NCBI GenBank assembly: GCA_035295065.1
Contig: DATGJR010000155.1
Location: 903-64,902, forward strand
Origin: Steroidobacteraceae bacterium
GTDB taxonomy: Bacteria > Pseudomonadota > Gammaproteobacteria > Steroidobacterales > Steroidobacteraceae
Length of the DNA: 64,000 bases
Reading direction: 5' to 3'
The notes beneath the pieces were generated by a model. The model was not told the DNA's origin. It worked only from the letters and a program-made list of their open reading frames with translations, and did not search any database. Below are positions 22,012-32,491 of this stretch, piece by piece. Each line of letters opens with the position of its first letter. The stretch's first letter is position 1. A program made the position numbers and the translations under genes.

Positions 22012-22888
22012 GGCGTCGCCGCCGCCTTATGTCGGGCGCTTCGCGCCCTCGCCCACCGGGCCACTCCATCTCGGCTCCCTGATCGCCGCGCTCGGCAGCT
22101 TCCTCGATGCGCGCCGCCATGCGGGCCGCTGGCTGCTTCGCATGGAGGATCTCGATCGCGAGCGCGTGGTGCCAGGCTGCGCGGACGAGATGTTGCGCAC
22201 CCTCGAGGCACACGGCCTCAGCTGGGATGGCACGGTCGAGTACCAGAGCACGCACGTCACCCGCTACGGCGCGGCGCTCGCGCAGCTCACCGCGCGCGGT
22301 CGAACGTTCGAGTGCAGCTGCACGCGGCGCGAGCGCACCCAGGAAGGCGGCTATCCGGGCACCTGCCGCAGTGGCCCGCGGCATGCGGGCCCCACCGCGA
22401 CGCGTTTTCGCGTCGACGAGAGCACCCTCTCCTTCGAGGATCGAGTGCAGGGCCACTGCCGCTTCAGCCTGCGCGAGCGGGGCGATGTGGTCGTGCGCCG
22501 GCGCGACGGAGTCTTCGCCTATCAGCTGGCGGTGGTGGTGGACGATGCGCACAGCGCGATAACCGACGTGGTGCGCGGGGCCGACCTGCTCGATAACACC
22601 CCCTGGCAGATCGCTCTCCAGCACGCACTGGGCTTGCCGCCTCCGCGCTACGCGCACCTTCCGCTCATCGTCGAGGCTCGCGGGACCAAGCTGAGCAAGT
22701 CACGCCGCTCTCTGGCCCTGGACCCGGCTATGGCAGGAAGCCAGTTATATCAGGCACTTACGCTGCTTCGACAGACCCCTTCGCCCGAGCTCAAGCTCGA
22801 GCGTCCGGCCGCGATTCTCGAATGGGCGGTCGAACACTGGCGCCTGGACCGAGTCCAGGGGGTCAGGGAGGTGCTCGCCGGGGACTGA
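21971..22888 (+). CDS. gluQ: tRNA glutamyl-Q(34) synthetase
   Basis: YVGRFAPSPTGPLHLGSLIAALGSFLDARRHAGRWLLRMEDLD, a Zn-site Cys cluster (ECSCTRRE...YPGTC), and KLSKS. Start uncertain: the GTG at 21971 was chosen, while the track start at 21860 would overlap dksA by 150 nt. Confidence 0.85.
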   Translation: MSGSTATATTVTAEASPPPYVGRFAPSPTGPLHLGSLIAALGSFLDARRHAGRWLLRMEDLDRERVVPGCADEMLRTLEAHGLSWDGTVEYQSTHVTRYGAALAQLTARGRTFECSCTRRERTQEGGYPGTCRSGPRHAGPTATRFRVDESTLSFEDRVQGHCRFSLRERGDVVVRRRDGVFAYQLAVVVDDAHSAITDVVRGADLLDNTPWQIALQHALGLPPPRYAHLPLIVEARGTKLSKSRRSLALDPAMAGSQLYQALTLLRQTPSPELKLERPAAILEWAVEHWRLDRVQGVREVLAGD

Positions 22889-23002
22889 CCGTCTCGAGGC
22901 GGCTCGATGTTAGGAGTTGGGTTCCCACCGGCAATGTACTAAGGTATTACCTGAGACGCCCAGCACTAAGGAAGGTGCATCACCCATAGTGAGGGACGTG
23001 CG

Positions 23003-23353
23003 ATGAGCGAACCGCGCACCATAAAAAAGTATCCCAACAGGCGGTTGTACGACACGGTCGAGAGTCGTTACATCACCTTGGCCGATATCCGACGGTTGGT
23101 GCTGGAGCGCATCGACTTCGTGGTGATCGACAAGAAGACGCAGGGCGACATCACGCGCTCGATTCTGCTGCAGGTGATCGCCGAGCAGGAGCACGGGACC
23201 GAAGCGCTCATGAGCCGCGACTTCCTCTCGCAGGTCATCCGTTCCTACGGTGTCGCCGCACGCGGCATGGTGGGGAATCATCTGGAGCAGAGCCTGCGCC
23301 AGTTCGCCACCCAGAGTCAGTCTCAGAGCATTGCCCGCAGCCCGCAGGGCTGA
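23003..23353 (+). CDS. phaR: PhaR-like (PHB/PHA accumulation regulator) DNA-binding protein, short form
   Basis: IKKYPNRRLYDTVESRYITLADIRRLV...DITRSILLQVIAEQE is the PHB_acc_N signature. Only 116 aa. GAGGGA lies 6 nt before the ATG. Confidence 0.75.
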   Translation: MSEPRTIKKYPNRRLYDTVESRYITLADIRRLVLERIDFVVIDKKTQGDITRSILLQVIAEQEHGTEALMSRDFLSQVIRSYGVAARGMVGNHLEQSLRQFATQSQSQSIARSPQG

Positions 23354-23538
23354 TCCCGGCGCGAGAGGGTCCGTCGGCTGTTGGGGGCCCGCCGAATCCC
23401 CGGCCCGACCGACCCACCCTGTGCGCGAGAAGGTCCCTCGGCTGCTAGTGAAACGAGTGCTTCACTATTGCCCGGAGGAGAACGCCCGCCGTGGACCGGC
23501 CGGAAGACGCCCCGGCTATTCGCTTGGGGTGGGCCTGC

Positions 23539-23561
23539 GGCAAACGCCGGGAGCGTTTGCC
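23539..23561 (-). terminator. hairpin 6 nt downstream of the pnp stop (no U-tract)
   Basis: GGCAAACGC (23539-23547) pairs with GCGTTTGCC (23553-23561). 9 bp stem, 5 nt loop. Confidence 0.4.
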
Positions 23562-23567
23562 GCCAAG

Positions 23568-25655
23568 TCAGTGAGTATCGACGTCCCGCATCGACAGGCG
23601 GATGCGCCCCTGCCGGTCGACCTCGAGCACCTTCACGCGGATGACATCGCCCTCGCGAAGCTTGTCGCTGACGCGCTCGACCCGCTCGTTCGAGATCTGC
23701 GAGATGTGCACCAGGCCGTCACGTCCCGGGAGGATGGTGACGAACGCGCCGAAGTCCATGAGGCGCGCCACCTTGCCCTCGTAGATGCGCCCGACCTCGA
23801 CATCCGCGGTGATGAGCTCGATGCGCCGCTGCGCCTCGCGGCCCGCGGCTCCCGAGACCGAAGCGATCTTCACGGTACCGTCGCTCTCGATGTCGATGGT
23901 GGTGCCGGTCTCCTCGGTGATCTGACGGATGACCGCGCCACCCTTGCCGATGACGTCGCGGATCTTCTCCGGGTCGATCTTGAGCGTGATGATCGAAGGC
24001 GCCCACTCGGACATCTTCTCGCGTGACTGATGGATCACGCGATTCATCTCGCCGAGGATGTGCAGCCGCCCGTCGCGCGCCTGCTCGAGCGCCACCTTCA
24101 TGATCTCAGGCGTGACGCCCTCGACCTTGATGTCCATCTGCAGCGCCGTGATGCCGTCTTTGGTGCCGGCGACCTTGAAGTCCATGTCGCCCAGGTGATC
24201 CTCGTCTCCGAGGATGTCGGTCAGCACTTTGTAGCGGCCGCCTTCGAGCACCAGGCCCATCGCCACGCCGGCCACCGGCGCCCTGATCGGAACGCCCGCG
24301 TCCATGAGCGAGAGCGAGGTGCCGCACACGCTCGCCATCGAGCTCGAGCCATTGGACTCGAGGATCTCCGAGACCACGCGGATCACATAAGGGAAGGTGG
24401 TCATGTCGGGCATCACCGCGTTGACCCCGCGGCGGGCCAGATTGCCGTGGCCGATCTCGCGCCGCTTGGGCGAGCCCATCATGCCGGTCTCGCCTACCGA
24501 AAACGGCGGGAAGTTGTAGTGCAGCATGAACGGCTCGCGCCGCTCGCCCTCGAGGGCGTCGATGATCTGCGCATCGCGGGTGGTGCCGAGCGTGGTGACG
24601 ACCAGCGCCTGGGTCTCCCCGCGGGTGAAGAGCGCCGAGCCGTGAGTGCGCGGCAGCACGCCGACCCTCACGTTGATCGGACGCACGGTGCGGGTATCGC
24701 GACCGTCGATGCGCGGCTCACCGTTGAGGATGCGCTGGCGCACGATGGTGCTCTCGAGCTTGAAGAGGACGTTCTCAACCGCATCCTTGCTCCACTTCGG
24801 CGAATCGCCACCGGCCAGTGCCGTGACCGTCGTCGTCTTGATCTCGCTCAAGCGCGCATGGCGCTGCTGCTTCTCGGTGATGCTGTAGGCAGCCGCGAGT
24901 GCCGCATTGGCCTGCATGGTCACCGCGGTGGTCAGCTCGGCATCATCGGCCGCCGGCTGCCACTTCCAGCGCTCCTTGCCCGCCTCGCTGGCGAGCGCCT
25001 TGATGGCGCCGATGGCGGTCTGCATCTGCTCGTGGCCGAAGACCACGGCGCCCAGCATGACTTCTTCCGACAATCCCTTGGCCTCGGACTCGACCATGAG
25101 CACGGCGTGCTCGGTGCCGGCCACGACCAGGTGCAGCTGCGACTCGGCGAGGTCCTTCGCAGGAGGATTCAGCAGATACTGTCCGTCACGGTAGCCGACG
25201 CGCGCGGCGCCGATCGGACCGTTGAACGGAATGCCCGAGAGCGCGAGTGCCGCCGAGGCGCCGAGGAGCGCGGGGATGTCCGCGTCGATCTCCGGATCCA
25301 TCGACAGCACCGTCGCCACCACCTGCACGTCGTTGAGGAAGCCGTCCGGAAACAGCGGGCGGATCGGTCGGTCGATGAGACGCGAGGTCAGCGTCTCCTT
25401 CTCGGTGGGGCGCCCCTCGCGCTTGAAGAACCCGCCGGGGATGCGCCCCGCGGCGTAGGTCTTCTCGATGTAGTTGACCGTGAGAGGGAAGAAATCCCGG
25501 CCCGGCTGGGGGCTCTGCGCCGCACAGGCGGTGACCAGGACCATGGTGTCTCCCATGGAGACGCGTACCGCACCCTCGGCCTGGCGGGCGACCTCGCCCG
25601 TCTCGATGGTGACCGTGTGCGGGCCGTACGGAAACGACTTGCTGACGACGCTCAA
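23568..25655 (-). CDS. pnp: polyribonucleotide nucleotidyltransferase (PNPase)
   Basis: 695 aa. [23 protein letters not shown], two RNase PH domains, KH, and S1 ([13 protein letters not shown]). TTG start codon at 25655-25653 behind GAGGA. Confidence 0.97.
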   Translation of the reverse strand: MSVVSKSFPYGPHTVTIETGEVARQAEGAVRVSMGDTMVLVTACAAQSPQPGRDFFPLTVNYIEKTYAAGRIPGGFFKREGRPTEKETLTSRLIDRPIRPLFPDGFLNDVQVVATVLSMDPEIDADIPALLGASAALALSGIPFNGPIGAARVGYRDGQYLLNPPAKDLAESQLHLVVAGTEHAVLMVESEAKGLSEEVMLGAVVFGHEQMQTAIGAIKALASEAGKERWKWQPAADDAELTTAVTMQANAALAAAYSITEKQQRHARLSEIKTTTVTALAGGDSPKWSKDAVENVLFKLESTIVRQRILNGEPRIDGRDTRTVRPINVRVGVLPRTHGSALFTRGETQALVVTTLGTTRDAQIIDALEGERREPFMLHYNFPPFSVGETGMMGSPKRREIGHGNLARRGVNAVMPDMTTFPYVIRVVSEILESNGSSSMASVCGTSLSLMDAGVPIRAPVAGVAMGLVLEGGRYKVLTDILGDEDHLGDMDFKVAGTKDGITALQMDIKVEGVTPEIMKVALEQARDGRLHILGEMNRVIHQSREKMSEWAPSIITLKIDPEKIRDVIGKGGAVIRQITEETGTTIDIESDGTVKIASVSGAAGREAQRRIELITADVEVGRIYEGKVARLMDFGAFVTILPGRDGLVHISQISNERVERVSDKLREGDVIRVKVLEVDRQGRIRLSMRDVDTH

Positions 25656-25699
25656 AGCTTCATTCCTCGGAAGTTGAAGGTACGGCTGAGAAACATGAA

Positions 25700-25725
25700 G
25701 GCCGCGCGTCTCATCGACGGCGGCC
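25700..25725 (-). terminator. rpsO-pnp intercistronic hairpin (attenuator / processing-site candidate)
   Basis: GGCCGC-g-CGTC (25700-25710) pairs with GACG-GCGGCC (25716-25725). 10 bp with one bulge and a 5 nt loop. On the minus strand it is followed by TTCATGTTTC. Confidence 0.5.
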
Positions 25726-25735
25726 CACGTGGTGC

Positions 25736-26005
25736 TCAGCGGCGCAGTCCCAGTCGCTCGACGAGCTCCTGGTACTTCTGCGGTTGGGTGGCTCTGAGGT
25801 AATCGAGGAGCTTGCGGCGCTGGTTGACCAGCTTGACCAGTCCGCGGCGCGAGGCGTGGTCGCGCTTGTGCGCGGCGAAATGCCCGCCGAGGTCGTTGAT
25901 GCGCTCGGAGAGCAGCGCCACCTGCACCTCCGGGGAGCCGGTGTCGCTCGGTCCACGGCGGAACTGCGCGAGTATTCCACCCTTTTTCTCGCTGGTTAAA
26001 GCCAT
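25736..26005 (-). CDS. rpsO: 30S ribosomal protein S15
   Basis: 89 aa. [48 protein letters not shown]. Confidence 0.97.
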   Translation of the reverse strand: MALTSEKKGGILAQFRRGPSDTGSPEVQVALLSERINDLGGHFAAHKRDHASRRGLVKLVNQRRKLLDYLRATQPQKYQELVERLGLRR

Positions 26006-26056
26006 TGCGCGATAGTCCTAACTACTTGTCTTAAGAGCCCTTTTGGTGAGCCGCGC

Positions 26057-26085
26057 ATTGTACTGTCGGAAGGGACTTGCGACAA
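26057..26085 (-). promoter_or_regulatory. candidate sigma70 promoter of rpsO
   Basis: On the minus strand: TTGTCG (26085-26080), a 17 nt spacer, then TACAAT (26062-26057), about 50 nt upstream of the rpsO ATG. Confidence 0.45.
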
Positions 26086-26226
26086 GGTCGAGGCGGCCCT
26101 GTCGGCACGTAAACGCCCAGGATCGCCGCGCGTTAAGTTCGGTGCAGATGGCGCGCCGCCGCGCGGCGTTCCGGCTCCCTTGCGGCACCGCGACGGCGGG
26201 CATAGGCTGTTTTCGAGGTGATTGCC

Positions 26227-26490
26227 ATGTTCAAGTCGTTTGCAATTGGCGCCTGCCTGGCGCTCCTCGCCGGGTGCGCCACCACTCCCACGACCCCGGC
26301 TAAGCCTGCAACCGCGGCCACGCTCCCGGCGGGCTGCGTCGGACAGACGGCTACCCGCATCCCGGTGAAGAATGGTGAGTGCGCCGGATTCGGCAGCACG
26401 TACGACCAGCAGGACATCGATCGCACGGGCCAGACGACCGTGGGTCCGGCCCTGCAGATGCTCGACCCCTCGGTGCGAGTAGGCCACTAG
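26227..26490 (+). CDS. small lipoprotein, unknown function
   Basis: MFKSFAIGACLALLAGC lipobox, 87 aa, GAGGTG 6 nt before the ATG. It sits on the opposite strand between truB and rpsO. Confidence 0.55.
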   Translation: MFKSFAIGACLALLAGCATTPTTPAKPATAATLPAGCVGQTATRIPVKNGECAGFGSTYDQQDIDRTGQTTVGPALQMLDPSVRVGH

Positions 26491-26498
26491 TCCGGCCG

Positions 26499-27389
26499 CT
26501 AGTCCGGGTTGAGCAGCCGGCGGGGCCGAACGACTCCGCCGCCATCGGTCATCCCGATACCGAGAAATCTCCCGGCATCGTCATAGAGCCGCACGCGCCC
26601 CGCGGCGCCCGCGCCCCCATCCGGGGCACCGGCCACCGCCTGGCCCTTGAGCAGGCGTGCGGCACGGGCCGCATCCAGAGTCACGGCGGGCAGATGCGCG
26701 AGAGGCAGATCGAGCGGCAGTAGACTCGCCCCGCCGCCGCTCGCGCACTGCGCTTCGAGCGAGTCGAGCGTGATCATGGCCGCCTCCTCGAAGGGCTCGA
26801 CCGCCAGCCGTCGCAAGGCGCTCACGTGACCTAAGGTTCCGAGGCGCGCGGCGATGTCCTCGGCAAGCACGCGGATGTAGGTGCCCTTCGAGCAGCGCGC
26901 CTCGATCTGAAGGACCTCCGGCCCGAAGGAGAGGAGCTTCAGCTCCTTCAACTCGATCGTGCGGGGGGCGCGATCGACCGTGACCCCGGCGCGCGCGAGG
27001 GCGTAGAGCGGCTCGCCGTCGCGCTTGAGGGCCGAGTACATCGGCGGTACCTGGGGTTGCGTACCGAGGAAGCTCCGCAGCACCTCTTCTACTGCCGCGC
27101 GCGCGAGCGGAGGCACGTCCGCGCGTGCCGTGACCGCCCCCTCCGCATCGCCGCTCGCGGTACGCGATCCGAGCGAGACCGTGAATCGGTAGCGCTTCTC
27201 TCCGGCCACGATGTCGCCCACGATCTTGGTGGCCTCGCCCAGGCAGATCGGAAGCATCCCGGTCGCGAGCGGATCGAGGCTGCCGGCATGTCCCGCCTTG
27301 ATGCCGCCGAGAAGCCGCCGCACGCGCTGCAGAGCGGCGTTCGAGGAGAGCCCGCGCGGCTTGTCGAGCAGGAGAATTCCGCTCGGCAT
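26499..27389 (-). CDS. truB: tRNA pseudouridine(55) synthase
   Basis: MPSGILLLDKPRGLSSNAALQRVRRLLGGIKAGHAGSLDPLATGMLPICLGEATK (catalytic Asp in the GSLDP motif). Start trimmed to 27389. Confidence 0.93.
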   Translation of the reverse strand: MPSGILLLDKPRGLSSNAALQRVRRLLGGIKAGHAGSLDPLATGMLPICLGEATKIVGDIVAGEKRYRFTVSLGSRTASGDAEGAVTARADVPPLARAAVEEVLRSFLGTQPQVPPMYSALKRDGEPLYALARAGVTVDRAPRTIELKELKLLSFGPEVLQIEARCSKGTYIRVLAEDIAARLGTLGHVSALRRLAVEPFEEAAMITLDSLEAQCASGGGASLLPLDLPLAHLPAVTLDAARAARLLKGQAVAGAPDGGAGAAGRVRLYDDAGRFLGIGMTDGGGVVRPRRLLNPD

Positions 27390-27396
27390 CGAAGTC

Positions 27397-27828
27397 TCAG
27401 GGCGTCGGGTCGGGGCTGCCCGGACCCTGCTCGCTCCCCTCATCGTCCTCAGTCCCGCTGCCGCCAGCGCCGTGTCCGGCGCGATCGGCAGCGACTGCCC
27501 GGTCGATGAGCGAGGTGAGGCGCGCCGCATCTTCCGCGGTCTCGTCGAAAACGAACTCGAGCCGCGGCGCGTGGCGCAGCGACAGCCGCCGCCCGAGCTC
27601 CCCGCGCAGGAAGCTCGCCGCATGAGTCAGGCCGTGCGCCACCTGGGCGGGCGGCGCGCGCGAAGCGAACGGGGTGAAATACACCCGCGCCGTGCCCATG
27701 TCGGGCGCGACCTGCACCGCCGTGATCGTGACATTGCCGACGCGCGGGTCCTTGACCTCGCGCGCGATCAACGCCGCGAGCGTGCGCTGGATCTGCGCCT
27801 CCAGGCGGTGTGTGCGTGCCTCGCTCAT
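27397..27828 (-). CDS. rbfA: ribosome-binding factor A
   Basis: MSEARTHRLEAQIQRTLAALIAREVKDPRVGNVTITAVQVAPDMGTARVYFTPF. Starts 3 nt after the infB stop. Confidence 0.9.
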   Translation of the reverse strand: MSEARTHRLEAQIQRTLAALIAREVKDPRVGNVTITAVQVAPDMGTARVYFTPFASRAPPAQVAHGLTHAASFLRGELGRRLSLRHAPRLEFVFDETAEDAARLTSLIDRAVAADRAGHGAGGSGTEDDEGSEQGPGSPDPTP

Positions 27829-27830
27829 GG

Positions 27831-30395
27831 CTACGAGAGCGTCCGTGCCACCTCGACGCGCGCGAAGCACTCGATCTGGTCGTTGGCGCGCACATCCTGG
27901 TAGTTCTTCACGCCGATGCCGCATTCGGTACCGGCGCGCACCTCGTTGACGTCGTCCTTGAAGCGGCGCAGCGACTCGAGCGCACCCTCGAAGATCACCA
28001 CGTTGTCGCGCAGCACGCGGATCGGATTGTTGCGCCGGACGAAGCCCTCGGTGACGAGGCACCCGGCCACCACGCCGAACTTGCTCGAGCGGAACACCTC
28101 GCGCACCTGCGCGATGCCGACGATCTGCTCCTTGATTTCCGGCTTCAGCATGCCGGTCATCATCTGCCTGACATCGTCGATGGCCTCGTAGATGATCGAG
28201 TAGTAACGCACCTCGACCCCGGTCTCCTTCATGGCATCGCGCGCGCTCGCATCAGCGCGCACGTTGAAGCCGATGATGAAGCCGCGCGAGGCCGCCGCGA
28301 GCTGCACGTCGGACACGGTGATGCCGCCCAGGCCGCTCGCGATCACCTTGACCTGCACCTCTTCGGTCGAGAGCTTGCCGAGCGCTTCGCTGAGCGCCTC
28401 GGCGCTCCCCTGTACATCGGCTTTGAGGAGCACCGTGACGACTCCGGCCTTGGCCTCGCCCATCTGCGAGAACACGTCCTCGGGACGGGCCGTCTGCCGC
28501 GCGAGCTTCACGTCGCGGAACTTGCCCTGGCGGTAGAGGGCCACCTCGCGCGCCTTGCGCTCGCTCTCGGCCGCGAGGATCTCATCCCCGGCATTCGGCG
28601 GGCTCGAGAGTCCCAGCACCTGCACCGGCATGGAGGGCGGGGCCTCCTGCACCGGCTTGCCGTTCTCATCGAACATGGCGCGCACGCGGCCGAACTCGGA
28701 CCCCGCAATGATGGGATCGCCGACATGCAGCGTGCCTTTCTTGACCAGCACGGTCGCAACCGCACCGCGTCCCTTCTCGACGCTCGATTCGATCACCACG
28801 CCCGAAGCGAGTCCGGTGCGCGGCGCGCGCAGCTCGAGCACCTCGGCCTGAAGCAGGATCGCGTCGAGCAGCTGATCGATTCCCTGACCGGTGCGGGCGG
28901 AGACGCTCACGAACATGTTCTGGCCGCCCCACTCCTCCGAGATCACCTCCTGCTTGGAGAGCTCGGTCCGTATCCGATCGAGATCCGCATCGCTCTTGTC
29001 GATCTTGTTGACCGCGACCACGATCGGCACGTTGGCGGCGCGCGCGTGCTGAATCGCCTCCACCGTCTGTGGCATGACGCCATCGTCCGCCGCCACGACC
29101 AGCACCACGACGTCGGTGGCCTTCGCGCCGCGGGCGCGCATGGCGGTGAAGGCGGCGTGGCCCGGAGTATCGAGGAAGGTAATGACGCCCTTGGGCGTCT
29201 CGACGTGATATGCGCCGATGTGCTGCGTAATGCCGCCGGCTTCGCCCGCCGCGACCTTGGTGCGGCGGATGTAATCGAGGAGCGAGGTCTTGCCGTGGTC
29301 GACGTGGCCCATGACGGTCACCACCGGCGGCCGCGGCTCGCCTTCGGCCTCGGCCTGCTCGCCCTGCAGGTCCGCCTCGATCTGGTTCTCCTTGAGGACC
29401 TTCGGCGTGTGTCCCATCTCCTCGACCACCAGAACCGCCGTGTCCTGGTCGATCGGCTGGTTGATGGTGGCCATGACGCCCATGTTCATGAGCGCCTTGA
29501 TGACTTCGTTGGCCTTGACGGCCATCTTCTGGGCGAGCTCCGCCACGGTGATGGTCTCGCCGATCCCCACCTCGCGCACCACGGGCGCGGTCGGCATCTC
29601 AAATCCATGCCGCCCGTCGGGTGTGGCCGGCAGCGGCCGCGACTTGGCGCGGCGCTTTTTCTTGTAGCGCGAGCTCACATCGCCGGTGACGTGCAGCTCC
29701 TGGCGCCCGTAGCGGGTGTGCTGCTTGTCGTCGGCCACCACCGGGGCGACGGGCGGGGGTGCCGGACGCTCGCGCACGGCGGGCGCGGGAGGGGGCGGTG
29801 CGGCTTGCGTCCGCTCGGCCGGCGCACGCCGCTCGTGCTCCTCGCGTTCGCGGGTGCGGCGCGCCTCGTCATCGCGCGTGCGCTGCTCGGCGACGCGGCG
29901 CGCATCCTCCTGCGCCCGGCGCCGTGTCTCCTCCTCCTCGACGCGACGGCGATTCTCGGCTTCGAGGCGCTCGCGCTCGCGGCGCTCCGCCTCGGCGCGC
30001 TCGGTGGCCGCCCGTGCGGCTTCCTCGGCCTCGCGCTTGCGCGAGTCGATCTCGTCCTGCTGCGCGCGCGCCTGCTCCTCGAGCACGTCGCGCTTGATGT
30101 AATTGCGCGTGCGGCGCACCTCGACGTTCACGGTGCGGGCGCGTCCCTGGGCGCTCGCGAGCTTCAGCTCGCTCTGCGTCTTGCGCTTCAGGGTGATCTT
30201 GCGCGGCGCGCCGTCGCTGTCGGCCTCGCTGCCGTGGCTGCGGCGCAGGTGCGTGAGGAGCTCGAGCTTCGCATCGTCGCTGATGCGCGCCTCGGGTCCG
30301 TCCACCTTGATGCCCGCCTGATCGAGCTGCACCAGCAGCCGATCGACCGGCACCTTGAGGACCTCCGCGAACTGGGAAACGGTCACTTCCGCCAT
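27831..30395 (-). CDS. infB: translation initiation factor IF-2
   Basis: 854 aa. Arg/Glu-rich N-terminal region and the G domain [16 protein letters not shown]...DTPGH...NKID. Confidence 0.97.
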   Translation of the reverse strand: MAEVTVSQFAEVLKVPVDRLLVQLDQAGIKVDGPEARISDDAKLELLTHLRRSHGSEADSDGAPRKITLKRKTQSELKLASAQGRARTVNVEVRRTRNYIKRDVLEEQARAQQDEIDSRKREAEEAARAATERAEAERRERERLEAENRRRVEEEETRRRAQEDARRVAEQRTRDDEARRTREREEHERRAPAERTQAAPPPPAPAVRERPAPPPVAPVVADDKQHTRYGRQELHVTGDVSSRYKKKRRAKSRPLPATPDGRHGFEMPTAPVVREVGIGETITVAELAQKMAVKANEVIKALMNMGVMATINQPIDQDTAVLVVEEMGHTPKVLKENQIEADLQGEQAEAEGEPRPPVVTVMGHVDHGKTSLLDYIRRTKVAAGEAGGITQHIGAYHVETPKGVITFLDTPGHAAFTAMRARGAKATDVVVLVVAADDGVMPQTVEAIQHARAANVPIVVAVNKIDKSDADLDRIRTELSKQEVISEEWGGQNMFVSVSARTGQGIDQLLDAILLQAEVLELRAPRTGLASGVVIESSVEKGRGAVATVLVKKGTLHVGDPIIAGSEFGRVRAMFDENGKPVQEAPPSMPVQVLGLSSPPNAGDEILAAESERKAREVALYRQGKFRDVKLARQTARPEDVFSQMGEAKAGVVTVLLKADVQGSAEALSEALGKLSTEEVQVKVIASGLGGITVSDVQLAAASRGFIIGFNVRADASARDAMKETGVEVRYYSIIYEAIDDVRQMMTGMLKPEIKEQIVGIAQVREVFRSSKFGVVAGCLVTEGFVRRNNPIRVLRDNVVIFEGALESLRRFKDDVNEVRAGTECGIGVKNYQDVRANDQIECFARVEVARTLS

Positions 30396-30399
30396 AGAC

Positions 30400-31896
30400 T
30401 CAGGCCTCGCTCGCGAACCAGGGGGCGCGCGCCGTCATGATGAGGGCCGCCGCCTTGTCTGCCGCCAGACCCTCGATGTCAGAGATCTCGTCCACCGACT
30501 GCTCGGCGAGCTCCTCGCGGGTGCGCACCCCGCGCCGTGCCAGCGCCAGTGCCAGATCCGGGCTCATGCCCTCGAGCAGCAGCAGATCGTCCGCCGGCAT
30601 CGACTGATCGAGCGTCTCCTCGCTGGCGATGGCCTGCGTGAGCAGCACGTCGCGCGCGCGGTTGCGCAGCTCCTTGACCATGTCTTCGTCGAACTCCTCG
30701 ATCGCCGCGAGCTCCGCCTGCGGCACGTAGGCGATCTCCTCGATGGTCGAGAAGCCTTCCTGCGCGAGGATCGTCGCCACGTCCTCATCGACGTCGAGCT
30801 GCTTCATGAAATTGGCGACCAGCTCCTTGGCCTCCGTCTCGCTCTTCGCCTCGGCGTCCGATTCGGTCATGACGTTGAGGTCCCAGCCGGTGAGCTGGCT
30901 CGCGAGGCGGATGTTCTGCCCGCCGCGGCCGATCGCCTGGCTGAGCTTCTCCTCGGCAACCGCGATATCCATGCTGTGCGAGTCCTCGTCGACCACGATC
31001 GACATGACCTCCGCGGGCGACATGGCGTTGATCACGAACTGCGCGGGATTGTCGTCATGAGGGATGATGTCGACGCGCTCGCCCGCGATCTCGTTGGAGA
31101 CCGCCTGCACGCGCGAGCCGCGCATGCCGACGCAGGCGCCCACCGGGTCGATGCGCGGATCGCTGCTCTTGACGGCGATCTTGGCGCGCACGCCGGCATC
31201 GCGCGCCGCGCCGAGGATCTGGATCAGTCCCTGTCCGACCTCGGGAACCTCGAGCTTGAAGAGCTCGATGAGGAACTCAGGTGCGGTGCGGGTGAGGAAC
31301 AGCTGCGGCCCGCGCGGCTCCGAGCGCACCTCCTTGAGGAATGCCTTGATGCGATCCTGGGGCTTGGCCTGCTCGCGGGGGATCATGTCGGTGCGCGGCA
31401 CGAAGCCCTCGGCGTTGGAGCCGAGGTCGACGTAGATGCCGTTGCGGTCGACGCGCTTGACCACCCCGCTCACCAGCTGGCCGACGCGATCCTTGTAGGC
31501 CTCCACCACCTGGGCGCGCTCGGCTTCGCGCACCTTCTGCACGATGACCTGCTTCGCCTGCTGCGCGCCGATGCGGCCGAAACCCACCGACTCCATCGGC
31601 TGCTCGACGAACCCGCCCACCTGGGCGTTGGCATCCAGATCGAGCGCATCCTCGAGCCGCAGCTCGCGCTCGGGCACCTCGAGCTCCTTGGAGTCGTCGG
31701 CGAACACCTTCCAGCGGCGGAAGGTGTCGTAGTCGCCGCTCTTGCGGTCGATGGCGACGCGCACGTCCCACTCCTCACCGTGTTTCTTGCGGGTAGCGGA
31801 GGCGAGCGCGGCCTCGAGCGCCTCGAAGATCACTTCCTTGTCGACGCCCTTCTCGTTGGAGACGGCATCGACCACCATCAGGATTTCCTTGTTCAC
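30400..31896 (-). CDS. nusA: transcription termination/antitermination factor NusA
   Basis: [38 protein letters not shown] is collinear with E. coli MNKEILAVVEAVSNEK. S1, KH and two C-terminal HhH repeats. GTG start at 31896 behind GAGG. Confidence 0.97.
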   Translation of the reverse strand: MNKEILMVVDAVSNEKGVDKEVIFEALEAALASATRKKHGEEWDVRVAIDRKSGDYDTFRRWKVFADDSKELEVPERELRLEDALDLDANAQVGGFVEQPMESVGFGRIGAQQAKQVIVQKVREAERAQVVEAYKDRVGQLVSGVVKRVDRNGIYVDLGSNAEGFVPRTDMIPREQAKPQDRIKAFLKEVRSEPRGPQLFLTRTAPEFLIELFKLEVPEVGQGLIQILGAARDAGVRAKIAVKSSDPRIDPVGACVGMRGSRVQAVSNEIAGERVDIIPHDDNPAQFVINAMSPAEVMSIVVDEDSHSMDIAVAEEKLSQAIGRGGQNIRLASQLTGWDLNVMTESDAEAKSETEAKELVANFMKQLDVDEDVATILAQEGFSTIEEIAYVPQAELAAIEEFDEDMVKELRNRARDVLLTQAIASEETLDQSMPADDLLLLEGMSPDLALALARRGVRTREELAEQSVDEISDIEGLAADKAAALIMTARAPWFASEA

Positions 31897-31906
31897 TCTT
31901 TTAACC

Positions 31907-32365
31907 TCACGACGCCAGGCGCGCCTTACCAATCTCTGCAAATGTCATTGCCACGCGCTCCTTGTCTACCGAGAGCGCGATCCCCGCCTCATCCACCGTC
32001 AGGAGCTCGCCGGTGTAGCGACGGCGGCCGGCGCGCGGCTGCTTGAGCTCGACGAACACCCGCGAGCCGACGAAGCGCCCGAAATGCGCCGGAGTGCGCA
32101 GCACACGATCGAATCCCGGCGAGGACACCTCGAGGGTGTAAGCCGCCGGAATGGGGTCCTCGACATCGAGAAGCGCGGAGATCTCACGGCTCACGCGCTC
32201 GCAGTCCTCGAGCCCCACGCCCGCCGGCGCGTCGATGAAGACGCGCAGCCCCGAGCGTCCGTGGCTCGGGGAATATTCGAGCTCGACCAGCTCGTACCCC
32301 AGTCGCCCGAGGAGCGGCTCGATGAGCCCGATCAGCCGCTCCCGCAAAGTGCTCGCCAGTGCCAT
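31907..32365 (-). CDS. rimP: ribosome maturation factor RimP
   Basis: [35 protein letters not shown]...[25 protein letters not shown]. Start trimmed to the ATG at 32365. Confidence 0.9.
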   Translation of the reverse strand: MALASTLRERLIGLIEPLLGRLGYELVELEYSPSHGRSGLRVFIDAPAGVGLEDCERVSREISALLDVEDPIPAAYTLEVSSPGFDRVLRTPAHFGRFVGSRVFVELKQPRAGRRRYTGELLTVDEAGIALSVDKERVAMTFAEIGKARLAS

Positions 32366-32387
32366 CGCCTGCCCCAAAAGCTGCCCC

Positions 32388-32413
32388 AAATAAAAATGGG
32401 CCCCAAGGCCCAT
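32388..32413 (-). terminator. intrinsic terminator T2 in the rimP leader (minus strand)
   Basis: Minus strand reads ATGGGCC-TTGG-GGCCCAT followed by TTTTATTT. 7 bp stem (32396-32402 / 32407-32413). It ends about 23 nt before the rimP ATG. Confidence 0.6.
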
Positions 32414-32439
32414 CTCTCCCGACCGCGCACCTCCGCCGT

Positions 32440-32469
32440 AAAAAACAAAAAAGCCCCGTGGGGGGCTTT
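32440..32469 (-). terminator. intrinsic terminator T1 in the rimP leader (minus strand)
   Basis: Minus strand reads (GAAA)GCCCC-CCAC-GGGGC followed by TTTTTTGTTTTTT. GC stem 32453-32457 / 32462-32466, extendable by A-U pairs. Confidence 0.65.
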
Positions 32470-32491
32470 CCGGTCTGCTCTCTCGGGGGTA

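Noticed and set aside
23447-23573. Inverted repeat AGTGAA-N8-TTCACT, and a 27-codon ORF (GTG near 23490) behind GGAGGAG in the phaR-pnp spacer
   Set aside because: The mini-ORF runs through the pnp terminator-like hairpin and overlaps the pnp stop. There is no supporting conservation signal, and the inverted repeat lacks a U-tract or a second copy.
26487-26507. Direct repeat CTAGTCCGG-ccg-CTAGTCCGG spanning the stops of the small lipoprotein gene and truB
   Set aside because: A 9-nt duplication at a convergent gene junction. No hairpin potential or further copies were seen, so it is likely incidental.
27810-30440. 876 aa plus-strand ORF, and similar ORFs at 30355-32046, 24030-25802, 10222-11742, 39341-41062, 42526-44103, 46622-49441 and 62223-63503
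   Set aside because: All are mirror images of well-supported minus-strand genes (infB, nusA, pnp, trpS, the EI fusion, GH20, TBDR, adhC). None has independent start signals or family motifs.
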